DNA from: Squalus acanthias
Taxonomy: Eukaryota
Assembly (NCBI GenBank): GCA_030390025.1
Contig: CM059431.1
Location: 122,824,001-122,888,000 of the forward strand
DNA length: 64,000 nucleotides
Direction: 5' to 3'
Numbering within the stretch: position 1 is the stretch's first letter; each line of letters starts with the position of its first letter. The notes under the pieces are model-generated. The model was not told the origin of the DNA and did no database searches. It saw only the letters and a list, made by a program, of their open reading frames with translations. The position numbers and the translations under genes are program-made. Shown here one piece after another: positions 25,435 to 38,884 of this stretch.

Positions 25435-27190
25435 TACATAGAATTACATCGAATATACAGCACAGAAACAGGCCATTCAGCCCCACTGGTCCATGCTGGT
25501 GTTTAAACTCCACTCCAGCCTCCTCCCATCCTTCCTCATCTAACTCTACCAGCATAACCCTCCATTCCCTTCTTCCTCATATGCTTATCTAGCTTCCCCT
25601 TAAATGCATCTATACTATTTGCCTCAACTACTCCCTGTGGTAGCGAGTTCCACATTCTCAGCACTCTCTGGGTAAAGAACCTTCTTCTGAATTCCCTATT
25701 TGATTTCTTGGTGACTATCTTACATTGATGGCCTTTAGTTTTGCTCTTCTCCACAAGTGGAAAAACTCTCTGTGTGTCTACTCTATCAAAACCTTTCATA
25801 ATTTTAAAGATCTCTATTAGGTCAACTTCTCTTTTCAAGAGAAAAGAGGCCCAGACTGTTCATCCTTTCCTGATAGGTATAACCTTATAGTTCTGGTACC
25901 ATCCTTGTAAATCTTTTTTGCACCCTCTCCAGTGCCTTTATATTCTTTTTATAATATGGAAACCAGAAATGTACACAGTACTCCAAGTGTGGTCTAACCA
26001 AGGTTCAATACAAGTTTAACATTACTTTTCATTCATCCCTCTGGAAATAAACCCTAATGCTTGGTTTGCTTTTTTATGGCCTTATTAACCTGTGTCACTA
26101 CTTTTAGTGATTTGTGTATTTGTACTCCCAGATCCCTTTGCTCCTCTATCCCATTTAGATTCTTATGTTCCAAGTAATATGTGACCTCCTTATTTTTCTT
26201 ACCAAAATGTAATACCTCACACTTATCTATGTTGAAATTCACTTGCCAATTATATGCCCATTCTGCAAGTTTATTAATGTCTTCTTATAATTTGTTGCAG
26301 TCCTCCTCAGAATCGTCTATCCCCACCCCCTCTAAATCTGGTGTTGTCCATAAATGTAGAAATTTTGCTTTTGATTCCAAAGTCTAAATTGTTAATATAA
26401 ATTGTGAACAACAGTGGTCCCAGCACTGATCCTTGTGGAACCCAACTCCCCACCTGTTACCACTCTGAATAGCTACCCTTTACCCATACTCTCTACTTTC
26501 TGTCTTGCAACTAGCTAGCTATGCATTCTGCTACTTGTCCCCTGACTCAGAATGCTCTGACATTATTCATTAGTCTATTATGTGGTACCTTATCGAAGGC
26601 CTTTTGGAAATCTAGATATATTAGATCTACTACATTACCCTGGTCTACTCTTTCTCTTACCTTTTCAAAGAATTAAATGAGGTTGGTCAAGCAAGACTTT
26701 CCCTTTTGAAATCCATGCTGACTATTCATTATTATATTTTTGGTTTCTAAATGTTTTTCTATTTTCTCCTTTAGTAGGGATTCCATTGTTTTTCCTACCA
26801 CCGATGATAAGCTGACTGGTCTATAGTTCCCTGGAAATGTTCTATCTCCCTTCTTAAATATAGGTATTACGTTAGCTATCCATCTGTCCTCAGGCACTAC
26901 ACTTTTTTCTAACAAATTATTAAATTTGTGTTATAGTGTCTCTGCTATCTCTTTCCTAGATTCTTTTAAAATGCACGGATGCAATCCATTTGGACCATGA
27001 GTTTTATCCTCTTTGAGTTTAATTTGCTTATTTAATATATCTCCTCTTTTTATTTTATATATGGTTATATCATTCCTAATCTCATCTTCCTATATCATGC
27101 CCACCTGATCCGTTTCCCTGGTAAATGCTGAAGCAAAATAATTATTTAAAATTTCTGCCATTTCGCTATCGCTGCCTGTGATTTTATCCT
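25435..27190 (-). mobile_element. 5'-truncated CR1 LINE (RT domain and 3' UTR), decayed
   Basis: ORF pieces PIFKKGD...PGNYRPVSLSSVVGK...SQHGFQKGKSCLTNL, FNIDKCEVLHFG and FFTQRVLRMWNSLP; 3' tail at about 25440. Confidence 0.95.
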
Positions 27191-28397
27191 GGGTGATGTT
27201 TTCAATGGCCGTCATCATTTCTGGTAGAAAATCCTGGATTTGGCAGTGATCAGAAAGAAGATGCAGAATGGTTCAGAATCCAGCAGAAGGAGAATATTGA
27301 ATCTTGCCTGTTTTGTTTGAAGTTCCAGCAAAACAAAACCAAAGTCTAGTCAATTTAGTATTCCTTCACCTCTTTTATTTGATGTAATTTACCTGTGATT
27401 CAGTCTAATTTCAGTTTCCCTGCATTGCTTGACAGTCAATGCAAAAGTTTCATCTGATTAAAGGATAAGCTCTACTCGATTGCACACTATCCACTGTCCA
27501 ATTCTAACATTAGAGAGCTTTATGATGGACGTAATGGACAGCTCTATACAGAGTGCCCTGCTGCCAGGCTATCTAAAGCAGGGCTACAAGAAATCACAAA
27601 GACACTAACAACTGCATAGGTATCTCTCTTTAGAAACGTTATATTGTGTGACAACTCTGTGGCATATGTGACAGCCACTGCACTTCAAAAGTAATTCAAT
27701 TTGAGACATTTTGATGCGTTATTATTTCACTAATATTATAATATTGCTCCCTTTAAAACAAATATCTGCAGATTAATGTATTGAATTGCAGATAGAGTAT
27801 ATCAGGAATTAGTACAATTCTCCCAGTAGCAGGTCTTCTTGTGTTGATGTGGCAGATGTCAACTCAATGCTATTGGTAATTGACAGTCTGGTTGCAACTG
27901 TATTAGCTAATTCAGCAAATCATTACAATTGTTTCTCTGTGATTAAAGGAACAAAAAAAAAAACACTATTTCAGCTTTCCCTGAGGTTTCAGGTATAATT
28001 GATTATACACCTGAAGGACCAGGAGCCGACTTATTCAGCAAAACTGCTTACAACAGGAAAAGATTTAATTCAATGAGCATGCAGGGAATTTATGAATGTT
28101 AAGGATGTCAACAGCCATATGTTTCTTGCTTATCCAACAGAAGCTCATGGCTCATTAATTTTGTCCCAATAATTTTCTGTAATTTTTTTCTTTCAGACTT
28201 GGAAACCTTTGCAGATTTGCAGCTGCAAATGTGCACGCTTGTATATATGAGCAGTTGTGTTCTTTTTCGGGGGAAAGTTTACTGACATTCTGCTGTTTGC
28301 AGCAAAAGCTGAACTTTAAACAGGCGAACTGAACTAATGAACGGAGGCTGAGCTTCTTTATTCCTAGCGTTAAACCATGAATTTTATAATGCACTGT

Positions 28398-28524
28398 AGC
28401 TGGGAATTTCCTCGGGGCATCTCCTGCTCTGCCACCATAACTTCGACAGAAGCCACGCTTACGTGCCAAACTTTTGCTGAAGTTATGCCAGCGGAGCAGG
28501 AGAAACCCCAAGGAACTTTGCCCT
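28398..28524. mobile_element. Short fold-back (palindromic) MITE
   Basis: Left arm ttcctcggggcatctcctgctctgccaccataacttcgacagaag pairs with right arm cttttgctgaagttatgccagcggagcaggagaaaccccaaggaa. Confidence 0.75.
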
Positions 28525-28880
28525 CCCCCTATAATTTGGTAACATAGCAAAAGTATTATATTTCTATAACTTTTATACATAATTTTTGCAACTAGGAGTT
28601 TTTATTTTGTCACTAACATACATCTTGGTGGGCCAAGGAATGAAGCCAAGCATATTGTGGTGGCTGTGAAGCGAGTTGGACAACAGTAGGATAGGGCCAA
28701 GACAGGATAGAGAACAAAGAGCAGGCAAGCCGCAAGGCCCACCAGAGACCAGAAAGCCTGAGCAGCCATCAGTACAGAAGGCAGCAGCTGGTGGTGCTCA
28801 GGCTGGAGAGTGAACAACAGGACCTACCTCTTTGTTTTTGTATTTTTGTTGGGCTGGCTTCTGAGACTGAAGTCAGGAAC

Positions 28881-30874
28881 TGTCATAGAAACATCTCTAA
28901 GCTTATTTTTTTCTTAGTATACAGACCAAGGTGCCCCTGACTCCACCTTATGCAATAGCACAACTTGCAGAGATTGCGCTTTTAAGGGGTCTTGTCGTGC
29001 TTGTATCGCAGACGGTGCTGGTGCGAGGTTAGGCCTTCGTTGCCTAATACTATTGCTTGCTCTGGTCTCCGGCCAGCCTTGTTGCAATAAGCACCTGTGA
29101 GTGGTTCGACCCACTCGCCCTTACGGTTCTAACACTGGACTTAGGTGCGAGAGCAGTAATGCAGAGAAAAACTCAAATAGACCCGGTTGAATAGTACGAA
29201 ATGGAAATCTTTATTGCATAGCGTCCAAGATCATGAAGTACATGTCATAGGCGCAAATTAACGAGAGTACACGTATGCATACATTCATAAAGCTTGGTCT
29301 ATGGTAATGAAGAACGCACGGCACATCGTAAAAAGGGGAACACATTATACTTTATCCTTATTAAAACCACCCTCCCTTATCAATACCTACACTACGTCTA
29401 GATTTGTAGGATCAGGAAACATGCTCACCACTCGTGATACTTCGGAGAATTTTAAAGTGAGGCACTCGGCTCGTTTCGCTGCAGCGCCTGACTGTCACGT
29501 GTTTGGAGGGGTCCCTGTACCCCACTTGTTTATCTTCGCTGCTGCGGCAAGCAGGCCGGGCTCCCCGTTGTCATGAAGAACTCGACAGAACTCGGGCCCG
29601 GTTGTAGAACTCAAAGAAAAGTCTTCCTGTACTGACACCAGTTGTCGGTAGAATTCAATGAAGAGTCGATGGACCCAAACCGGTTCGTGCAATAACCCGT
29701 AGAATTCAAGAAATGAGTTCTATATTTTCGGGCGCGGTCGGGGTTTACTGACCGTGGCGGCACGTGGATTCTTCTTCTTTTCTTGTCATTTCGTCTTGTC
29801 TTTTTGGGCCTTCGGGTCCAGACACCGTTTACTGACTCTCGGGATGGTGCACCCGGTCACTTGCCCTTGTCGAGGCGGCTCGTCCCGATTGAGCTCCACC
29901 CAACATTCGAATAACCGACCAGTACGGCTAAAAGTCAAGAGTCAACAAAGTCCAGAGAAACACAGCAGGCTGCTCGTCCAGCAGAGCGATACCCGAGGAT
30001 CAGAATAAGAGAATAAGAGACGATTCGAGCGAATAAGAGTTCAGCAGTCAGCAGCGAGATAAGAGCCAGCCGGGAGAATAAGAGTCGAATCAAGAGCATA
30101 AGAGACCGATGGACATTTGTTCACTATAGTTATAGTGCTGTGTACCCTTATCTCCCGCTCAAATCTTAATGTTTGTCCTTTGTGTAATATTGGCGCTCAA
30201 AACTCCCAGCATGGGGCGATTCTTCTCTTTAACGGGTTTCGGTAGCACCTGAAACTGGCCAACTACCCGTTAATGTTTTCCCCATTGTTGACCCAGCCAG
30301 GATCGTATCAATCGTCTCCCTGACTGGTTTTGGGGCCCCCCGAATAATTGTTTAATCACCCGTCGATGTCTCTCTCATTGTAGAGCCGTGGGGGTATTTG
30401 TGTATAGATGTGTCTGGATGGGCCTTCGATTGCCCAGTACAATGGTCCTTACTTGTGCATGGAAAACAATTCCAGCACTTATATCTTTGCTATTGTCACA
30501 AATGCAAACGGGTTGCATCCTGTCTTTATCAGTGTTTATCGAGTATGATCCAATCTTATATTGAATATTTATTCGACGCCATCTTGTCTGCCCACTGTAT
30601 TTCTGGAAGCTTCTGCCACGATGCGCGGCGGCCATTTTACAGGCTTCTGTGTCCTTTATATCATGACAGCATTTCGTTTAATAAAACTGATCAAACGAAT
30701 CTGCTTCTATCTTGTTATTTTGAATCGCGATAATTGCGAAACTTTACACGCTTTGCACGTGTATTATGCCGTATGCTGGAAGTCAATCTGCAGCCCACTT
30801 TTACAGTTGATACTGCACTGCAAGTGGCCGTAAAGATCACCACTGCACTAACTACTATGCAACTACTATGCAAC
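28881..30874 (-). mobile_element. Probable long solo LTR (about 2 kb), CpG-rich
   Basis: Ends tgtcatag / ctatgcaaca. Minus-strand TATAA at 30130-30134 and AATAAA at 29210-29215. No coding capacity; abrupt CpG enrichment. No TSD found, so the ends are approximate. Confidence 0.65.
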
Positions 30875-31223
30875 AGAGTTATTTCCAACTGCCTCTGAGG
30901 ACATCTGTAACATTAATCAATCGGCTCTGCACAGATGCCCCAGGTAGGTCACAAAGGCATTGCTTGCCAGAGCTAGCCAGTATATCAAATTCCCCATGGA
31001 TCCATGTCACCAACAGAGAACAGCCGAAAGGGATCCCCGTACTCCCAACCTTGTTAGATGTAACTTGTACTGTAGTTGTAATTGGCAAGACCTTGGAAAG
31101 TGTGGCTTGGCAAAGTAAAGTTTCAGCAAAAAGTCAGAAATATAAAGAGAAATAAATTGTACTTTTCTGTTATGAACACCTGACGCACGACGGCTGTAAG
31201 AAGTGTACATCTGAACAGCAACA
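30875..31223 (+). mobile_element. Possible 3' part of an older LTR whose 5' part may be about 28610-28880
   Basis: AATAAA at 31151-31156, about 70 bp before ...cagcaaca; LTR-like composition on both sides of the younger insert. Confidence 0.35.
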
Positions 31224-33524
31224 TCTGTTATCACGGTTTCTTAGTTGATGTTTTGAAAAGAATACAAAAAGATAGTTTTAAGAGAATTAATCAGTCACTT
31301 TTATTCAGTAATGCATTTTTGTATATGCTTAGTTAAAAAAAAATCCCTACTGAACCATTTTTGAGGCTAAAGGAATTTATTTTATCTATAAACCTGCAAT
31401 CTGTTTAAACAATGAACTCTTTCAGTATTTCATGAGGAAATTTTTGTTTGTTTACGGAAAGTTATGTTTATTAAAGACTTTATGGACTGGACTTCACCAG
31501 CCTATGAGACCAGTGGAAACACATCACCTTTTGCTTGGGAGGTTCCTAATTATTTATCTGGGCTGGGTTGGAATCAGTAGCATCACTCCATTGGCTTACT
31601 GATGTTGGGAAGGAGAGCAATACTGTGGTGCTGCTTTGAAAGCTGCACATTTTTTCTGAGAGTCGGAACCATAAGTATAAGAATGACTGAAGGAGGAGAC
31701 TCCTTGTGAGGGGCTGGGTGGGGAGGGAGACAACGGCAGTAGGAAGCACACTCAGGTTTTTGGATGCATCAATCAATGTGTTGCTTTCCAAGATAAGGGC
31801 AAGGAGGGACTATCTAGAGAGAGGACAAGAGAGCGTGAGTGATAGCTAGCGTTTACCTTTCTTCATTTACTGTTAATTTTCAAAAAAGCTCCAGAATTTT
31901 GAACCCAATTGATTACCTGTGTTTTGTTGACAGTTAGAAAAGCTCAATTGCATACAACTGTTTGACAGAGATTCAAATTTATAACACTTATCAGGGAAAG
32001 GAAGACGGAGAAGGAGACAGAGATGGAAAGAAAGACATGGAGAGAAAATGAGAACATGCAGTTTCTTTACTCATATTAATGTGATTTATTTTAAAACAAA
32101 ATGATTTGAATTTTGAAAGAACTTTGAGGGATACAGATGAGAAGCGATGGTAAGAAAGGCAGGGGAGGAGAGAAACTGGTTGAGTATGAGGGGACTCTGG
32201 ATTCTTGGCACTGAGCCCTGGTGGCAACAGGTGAGAGTCAGAGAGAGTGGATGGAGGGTTAAGGGTGAGGAAAGTGACAGCAGAGCAAAGAGGAGGATGA
32301 ATACAGGCTATGAGTGACTAGTTCCAAAGGGGAGAGGTAGAGATAGTGTTAGGAATGAGGGGGTGTTAGGAAAGGAACTGGCTAGTGGGAAGGTGACGGG
32401 ATCAGGGAGAAGCATGTGACTGGGGGAAGGGTTGAGAAAAGAGCTGCTGAAGGCTAAATTTCCCCGACAACCTCCATCCCAAATGGAACTGGTGGTGGCT
32501 TCTTTCCCTGCCTCAACATACCAAGTCATCCACCATCTTCCACTCAAAAGCAAAGAAGAAAAAGAGGTCAGAGATAAGAAGAACTAAGAAGAGTTATGGG
32601 GAAAGACGAGAAAGAGACAGAAGTAGGGGAGACAGGGAGAGAAACACCAACACAAAACCAGCAGAGGCAGGTAAGAGAGTAACCATATTGTCCAACTTAC
32701 TGTGTGGAATGAGACATGAGACTGACTAGCATTAAAAGAATTACAGAGAAAATTTTAATCCAATATATTATGCTTGGGCAATCAGAGAAAAATATGATGA
32801 TTCAGCCATGTAATTATGCAATTGGTAATCCTATGTCAATTACAAAATATGCAATTATTTCTAAAAATAACTCATGTCTGTTGTGCTGACATCACATAAC
32901 AGTCATCATTAGCAGAAAAAGGAATGGATCAGCTAATAATGCAATGTTTTACGCCCTTTATGAAACTCATTATTATGTTGTTACTAATATTTATACATAT
33001 ATTTTCAAAGGAAAACTATCAATGTGAAAAGGTAAAACACTTGCTTACTTCCTCTCTAAAGTTACATTTTATTTGATATTTTAACTCATTAGTATTAAGG
33101 ATTAAAACACTGCACAGAAATAATTCAAGCAAACATATGGAAGTCTGTCTCATCATGGTCCTTCCAAAGAACAATTATATATCATTCCCCTAGTTCTGTG
33201 ACTCAGAATTCAAAATGCCATGAAACCATATAAGCCCGTATTTGTGAGCTGCAGTACTCAGGGAAGTAGTATAAAAAGCAAGGAGAGAACATTTCCCTCT
33301 TTTCTACACATTGTGCGCAGCTAATGTACACTGTAACACAATTGAAAGGTATGTGCGGACAGCCAGCACTGCCGCCAGAAACTGCGTGCATGCTGCTTTG
33401 GAATCACTCACACAAGGAACAGTGTGCAATGGCCAAGGAGCCGGATGTTCTGAAAATTTCTAACATCTGGATGTTTTGTGTGTGCTTCCCGAAAAATAAC
33501 CATTAGGATTGCAATCACACTTAC

Positions 33525-33596
33525 CGATGGTCCTTCCAACATGAAGGAGCTGTCCAGATTTCAGGAATATAGTCCTTTGCATTTTTGGCTTGGAGT
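33525..33596 (-). other. Candidate 72-nt internal exon of an unidentified gene
   Basis: Acceptor cccttcctccttccacag and donor CG|gtaagt; length divisible by 3. Two open frames: LQAKNAKDYIPEIWTAPSCWKDH or SKPKMQRTIFLKSGQLLHVGRTI. Lies in non-repetitive sequence. Confidence 0.4.
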
Positions 33597-36054
33597 CTGT
33601 GGAAGGAGGAAGGGTGGCTGAGTTTGGAGGTGTGCTGCCATTTCCCAAATAGTAGCCTCCTTATCTTAGTTTCCTTTACTTTTTGTTCACTCGGTCACTC
33701 AATAACACAGAGGCATATAAGGCACACCATAGGATAGTACACAATATATTTGCATCCGACCAGAAATAGAAAGCATGCCTTGATTCAAATAATATTAATA
33801 CATTTTACTTTTCTTTCTCTCTAGGAAAAGAGATTATTCACAAGTTACTGGGATCAGTAAAATAGACCACAATGGTCTTTTGTGGTCCTGCACATTCCTA
33901 TGCAGCTAGGGTCAATAGGATCAGGGAGATGAATGCGCGGCTCAAAGATTGGTGTGGGAGAACTGGGTTTCGATTCGTGGGGCACTGGCACCAATACTGG
34001 GGAAAGAGAGAGCTGTTCCGTTGGGATGGACTACACCTGAACCATGCTGGGACCAGAGTTCTAGCGAATCGAATAACTAGGGAGGTAGATAGGGCTTTAA
34101 ACTAAATAAGGTGGGGGGGTGGGGTATCCCGGTGGAGAGAAATCTAGAATGCTAAAGAGAAAAGACAAGGATGCAGTGCAGGAAAGTGATTGGGGTAAGG
34201 ATAACCAGATTGTGTAGGAAGGGACAAAGCGTACAAGCAAAAGAGTGCACTAATAAATAGGGTCCGGGTAAGTTAAAATGGTAATAAGACAAATAGGGCC
34301 ATAGTACAAAAAAATGCTAAGATGTCTGAAAATGTTAAAAAGACAAATCTAAAGGCACTGTATCTGAATGCACGAAGCATTCGTAATAAGGTAAACAAAT
34401 TAACAGCGCAAATAGATGTAAATGGATATGATATAATTGCAATTACGGAGACATAACTGCAGGGTGACCAAGTTTGGGAGCTGAATATCCAAGGATATTC
34501 GTTATTTAGGAAGGACAGGCAAAAAGGAAAAGGAGGTGGGGTGGCATTGTTAGTAAAGGATGAAATCAGAGCAATAGTGAGAAAGGATATTGGCTCAGAA
34601 AATCAAGATGTAAAATCAGTCTGGGTGGAGCTAAGAAGCACCAAGGGGCAGAAAACATTGGTGGGAGTGGTCTATATGCCTCCAAACAGTAGTGGTGATG
34701 TAGGGGATGGCATCAAACAGGAAATTGATGATGCATGTAACAAGGGTACTACAGTAATCATGGGTTACTTTAATCTACATATAGACTGGCCAAACCAAAT
34801 TAGCAATAATACTGTGGAGGATGATTTCCTGGAGTGTGTATGAGATGTTTTTTTCGACCAATACGTTGCGGAGCCAACTAGGGAACAGGTTATCCTAGAT
34901 TGGGTACAGTGCAATGAGAAGGGGTTAATTAATAATCTTGTTGTGCGGGGTCCTTTAGGGAAGAGTAACCACAACATGATAGAATTCTTCATTAAGATGG
35001 AAAGTGAAGTAGTCCAATCCGAAACTAGGGTCCTAAATCTAAACAAAGGAAACTACGAAGGTATGAGGAGTGAGTTGGCTATGATAGATTGGGGAGCTTC
35101 ATAAAAGGCATGATGGTGGATAGGCAATGGCTAACATTTAAGGAACAAATGCATGAATTGCAACAGTTATACATTCCTTTCTGGCACAAAAACACAAAAG
35201 GAAAAGCGGCCCAACCATGGCTACCAAAAGAAATTAAGGATAGTATTAGATCCAAAGAGGAGTCATATAAAGTTGCCAGAAAAAGTAGCAAGCCTGAGGA
35301 TAGCAGTTTATAATTCATCAAAAAAGGACCAAGAGATTGATGAGGAGGGGAAAAATGGAGTATGAGAGTAAACTTGCAAGGAACATAAAAGCAGATTGTA
35401 AAAGCATCTACAAGTATGTAAAAAGAAAAAGATTAGTGAAGACAAATGTAGGTCCCTTACAGTCAGAAACGGTAGAATTTATAATGGGGAACAAGGAAAT
35501 GGCTGAGCAATTAAACAAATACTTTGGTTCTGTCTTCACGGAAGAGGAAACAAATAACTTCCCAGAAATGCTAGGAAACCAAGGGTCTAGTGAGAAGGAG
35601 GATTTAAATGAAATTCGTATTAGTAAAAAAATAGTGCTGGAGAAATTAATGGGACTGAAAGCTGATAAATCCCCAGGGCCTGATAATCTGCATCCCAGAG
35701 TACTAAATGAGGTAGCTATGGAAAGAGTGGATGCATTGGTTGTCATCTTCCAAAATTCTATAGATTATGGAACAGTTCCTGCAGATTGGAGGGTGACAAA
35801 TGTAACCCCACTGTTTAAAACAGGAGGGGGAGGGAAAACAGGGAACTACAGACGGTTAGCCTAACATCAGTAGTAGGGAAAATGCTAGAATCTATTATAA
35901 AGGATGTGATAACAGGACACTTAGAAAATATCAACAGGATTCGACAAAGTCAACATGGATTTATGAAAGGGAAATCGTGTTTGACAAACCTACTGTAGTT
36001 TTTTGAGGATGTAACTGGTAGAATAGATAAGGGAGAACCAGTGGATGTGGTGTA

Positions 36055-36409
36055 CAGGAAACTCTCATTTAAACGGCACCTAAATATCCGGAATTCTCTA
36101 ATAACTGGCAGAATTCATACTCCGAAAACTACAGTATACTGTCGTTTATAAGTTTTGTTTTACTGTTAAGTAATTAAAGAGTTATGGATTACCCTCAACT
36201 GGCATTACTTTACTTAATCAAGCATCTTCCACCATCCATTTAACACAGCATTCTGTAGGGGAGTACCCAATTATACTGCACATTTCTTGATTTTTTTATT
36301 TTTGTTTGTTAAAAATAGCCTCGGTAGATATACCTCTCCGTTAGCAAGAATTTTTAATCAACCGGCACCATCCCGGTCCCGTCGGTGCCGGATACGAAAG
36401 AGTTTCCTG
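36055..36409. mobile_element. Tc1/mariner-superfamily (pogo/Tigger-like) MITE, TSD TA
   Basis: TA|caggaaactct...agagtttcctg|TA. Removal restores CR1 gtggtgtatttggattttcag (VVYLDFQ). Confidence 0.92.
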
Positions 36410-36627
36410 TATTTGGATTTTCAGAAGGCCTTTGATAAAGTCCCACATAAGAGGTTAGTGTGCAAAATTAAAGCACATGGGATTGGGGGTAATATACTGG
36501 CATGGATTGAAAATTGGTTAACAGACAGGAAACAGAGAGTAGGAATAAATGGGTCTTTTTCGAGGTGGCAGGCAGTGACTAGTGGGGTACCACAGGGATC
36601 AGTGCTTGGGCCCCAGCTATTCACAAT

Positions 36628-37391
36628 GGGCCAGAAATTCAGCTTTCAGGCTTCCTGCGGGTGCAAGCATCGCGCGTGTACTTGCCTACCGCACCTGCAG
36701 TTGTGCTTTGGGCCCATGAGGACTTCGGGTCCTGGGCCTCCTCCAGCTGCCAGGCCGCAGTGCTTGTGTATCCCAGGGGCGCAGTTAGTTCGAAGCGTCC
36801 CCTGGGATCACGTGGGCCATGGAGAGCCAATCCTAGCAGGGCATTTTCATTCATAGATTTGACAGGAAGACCTGTCAAATCTATGAATAGAGATCGGCCC
36901 CAAAACCACACATAAACTTCAAATATATATTTTTTTTAAATCACATTTTTAAAATAACTATAAGTTAAATAAATTAACTACTTTAAACAAAAATTTAAAT
37001 TTTTGAAAAAATTAATTATTCTTTTTAACGGTGCTAAAAATAAACTTACCTTTCTTTAAAGTATCTAAAAAGGATAAACCTGTTGAAAAAATTATTAAAT
37101 AGTAATTAATTAACCACTTACCTTGTTAAAAACAGGCCTTGCGCCTCCTTTTTAAAAGCGCAGCTTCTTCATACTTACCTTCCTGGAGAAACCTGAAAAA
37201 AAAAATGAAGTTCGCTGCTTGCGCGCAGCCTCTCCCGCGCACGCGTTCGACTTCTGAACCCCCTCCTTCAGGGGAACGGAAGTTCCGGTTTCCCACGCAT
37301 GCACAGTGCATGCAGGAAACCGGCACTTCAGATGGCCTTACGGGTGAGTACACAACACGTACTCACCCGACAACAGCCGAATTTCTGGCCC
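36628..37391. mobile_element. Harbinger-like MITE (copy 2 of the 20357-21100 family)
   Basis: Perfect 13-bp TIR gggccagaaattc; flanks aat/att. Removal restores CR1 ttcacaatatatatcaatgat (FTIYIND). Confidence 0.92.
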
Positions 37392-38884
37392 ATTATATAT
37401 CAATGATTTGGATGAGGGAGCCAAATGTAATATTTCCAAGTTTGCTGATGACACGAAACTAGGTGGGACTGTGAGTTGTGAGGAGGATGCAAAGAGGCTT
37501 CAAGGTGATTCAGACAAGTTGAGTGAGTGGGCAATTACATGGTAGATGCAGTATAACGTGGATAAATATGAAGTTATCCACTTCGGTAGGAAAAACAGAA
37601 AGGCAGAGTATCAATTAAATGGTGATACATTGGGAAATGTTGATGTACAAAGGGACCTGGGTGTCCTTGTACACCAGTCACTAAAAGCAAACATGCAGGT
37701 GCAGCAAGCAGTTAGGAAGGCAAATGGTATGTTGGCCTTCATTGCAAGAGGATTTGAGTACAGGAGCAAGGATGTCTTACTACAGTTATACAGGGCCTTG
37801 GTGAGACCACACCTGGAGTACTGTGTGCAGTTTTGGTCTACTTAACTAAGAAAGGATATACTTGCCATAGAGGGAGTGCAGTGAAGGTTCACCAGACTGA
37901 TTCCTGGGATGGCAGGACTGTCGTATGAGGAGAGATTGGGTCGACTAGGCCTGTATTCACTCGAGTTTAGAGGAATGAGAGGGGATCTCATTGAAACTTA
38001 TAAAATTCTGACAGGGCTAGAGAGACTGGATGCAGGGAGGATGTTTCCCCTGGCTGGGGGGGTCTAGAACGAGGGGTCACAGTCTCAGGATATGGGGTAG
38101 GACATTTAGGACTGAGATGAGGAGTAATGTCTTCACTCAGAGGGTGGTGAACCTGTGGAATTCTCTACCACAGAAATCTGTGGAGGCCAAGTCTCTGAGT
38201 ATATTTAAGAAGGAGGTAGATAGATTTCTAGACAAAAAAGGCATCAAGGTTGTATGGGGAGGGAGCGGGAATATGGTATTGAGATAGAAGATCAGCCATG
38301 ATCATATTGAATGGCAGAGCAGGCTCGAAGGGCTGAAGGGCCTACCCCTGCTCCTATTTTCCAGTTTCAGTTCCTATGAGGCAGCAACAGGTGGTGGCGG
38401 TCAGGACCCAAGGGTTTCACAGTAGGTTTCATCATATACTCTACAGGACATGAGCACCATTACCTGAGGGCATTTAAAAAGCAAATGTAAATATGGAACA
38501 CTAGGTGGAGCACCCTCATACAAGTGAGACAGATCAAGTGGAGGTGGCAGCCAAAGAACAGCCAGCAACTGGCTAGGGTTACAACCCAGGCATTCCTCTG
38601 CCATATGTGCAAGAGATTGGTATGTTATTGGGCCAGCCTTCAGAAGGGAGATGATTGATGAGCAGAACACGATCATGACATCTTTTGAAACTGCACTGAA
38701 CACCTTGCAGGGCTTGTCAGAGAATGTGTGGCATTGCATCTCTTACATCTCAACCACAATGAGTCAGGGAACTACACAACTGTAGTCAACATTGGAATAC
38801 ATAACAAATTCACAATAATTTGTGCGGGAGCCCAGAGGCCAGAGAGACCAAACCAAGACACAACTTTCCTTGCGAATTGTGAGA

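Larger units (their letters stand above)
33880..38378 (+). mobile_element. Near-full-length CR1 LINE: ORF1 C-terminus (SGNH esterase) plus ORF2 (APE endonuclease and RT), decayed and interrupted by two MITEs
   Basis: ORF1 FRWDGLHLNHAG. ORF2 [76 protein letters not shown]. Typical 3' UTR; several stops. Confidence 0.97.

Noticed and set aside
30001..30106. CRISPR-like repeat-spacer pattern
   Set aside because: Units are only 7-9 bp, irregularly spaced and in eukaryotic LTR-like DNA, with no cas genes.
38390..38880. Possible further Harbinger Myb exon remnant
   Set aside because: Only vague similarity (TGGGG, helical segment) and no termini found.
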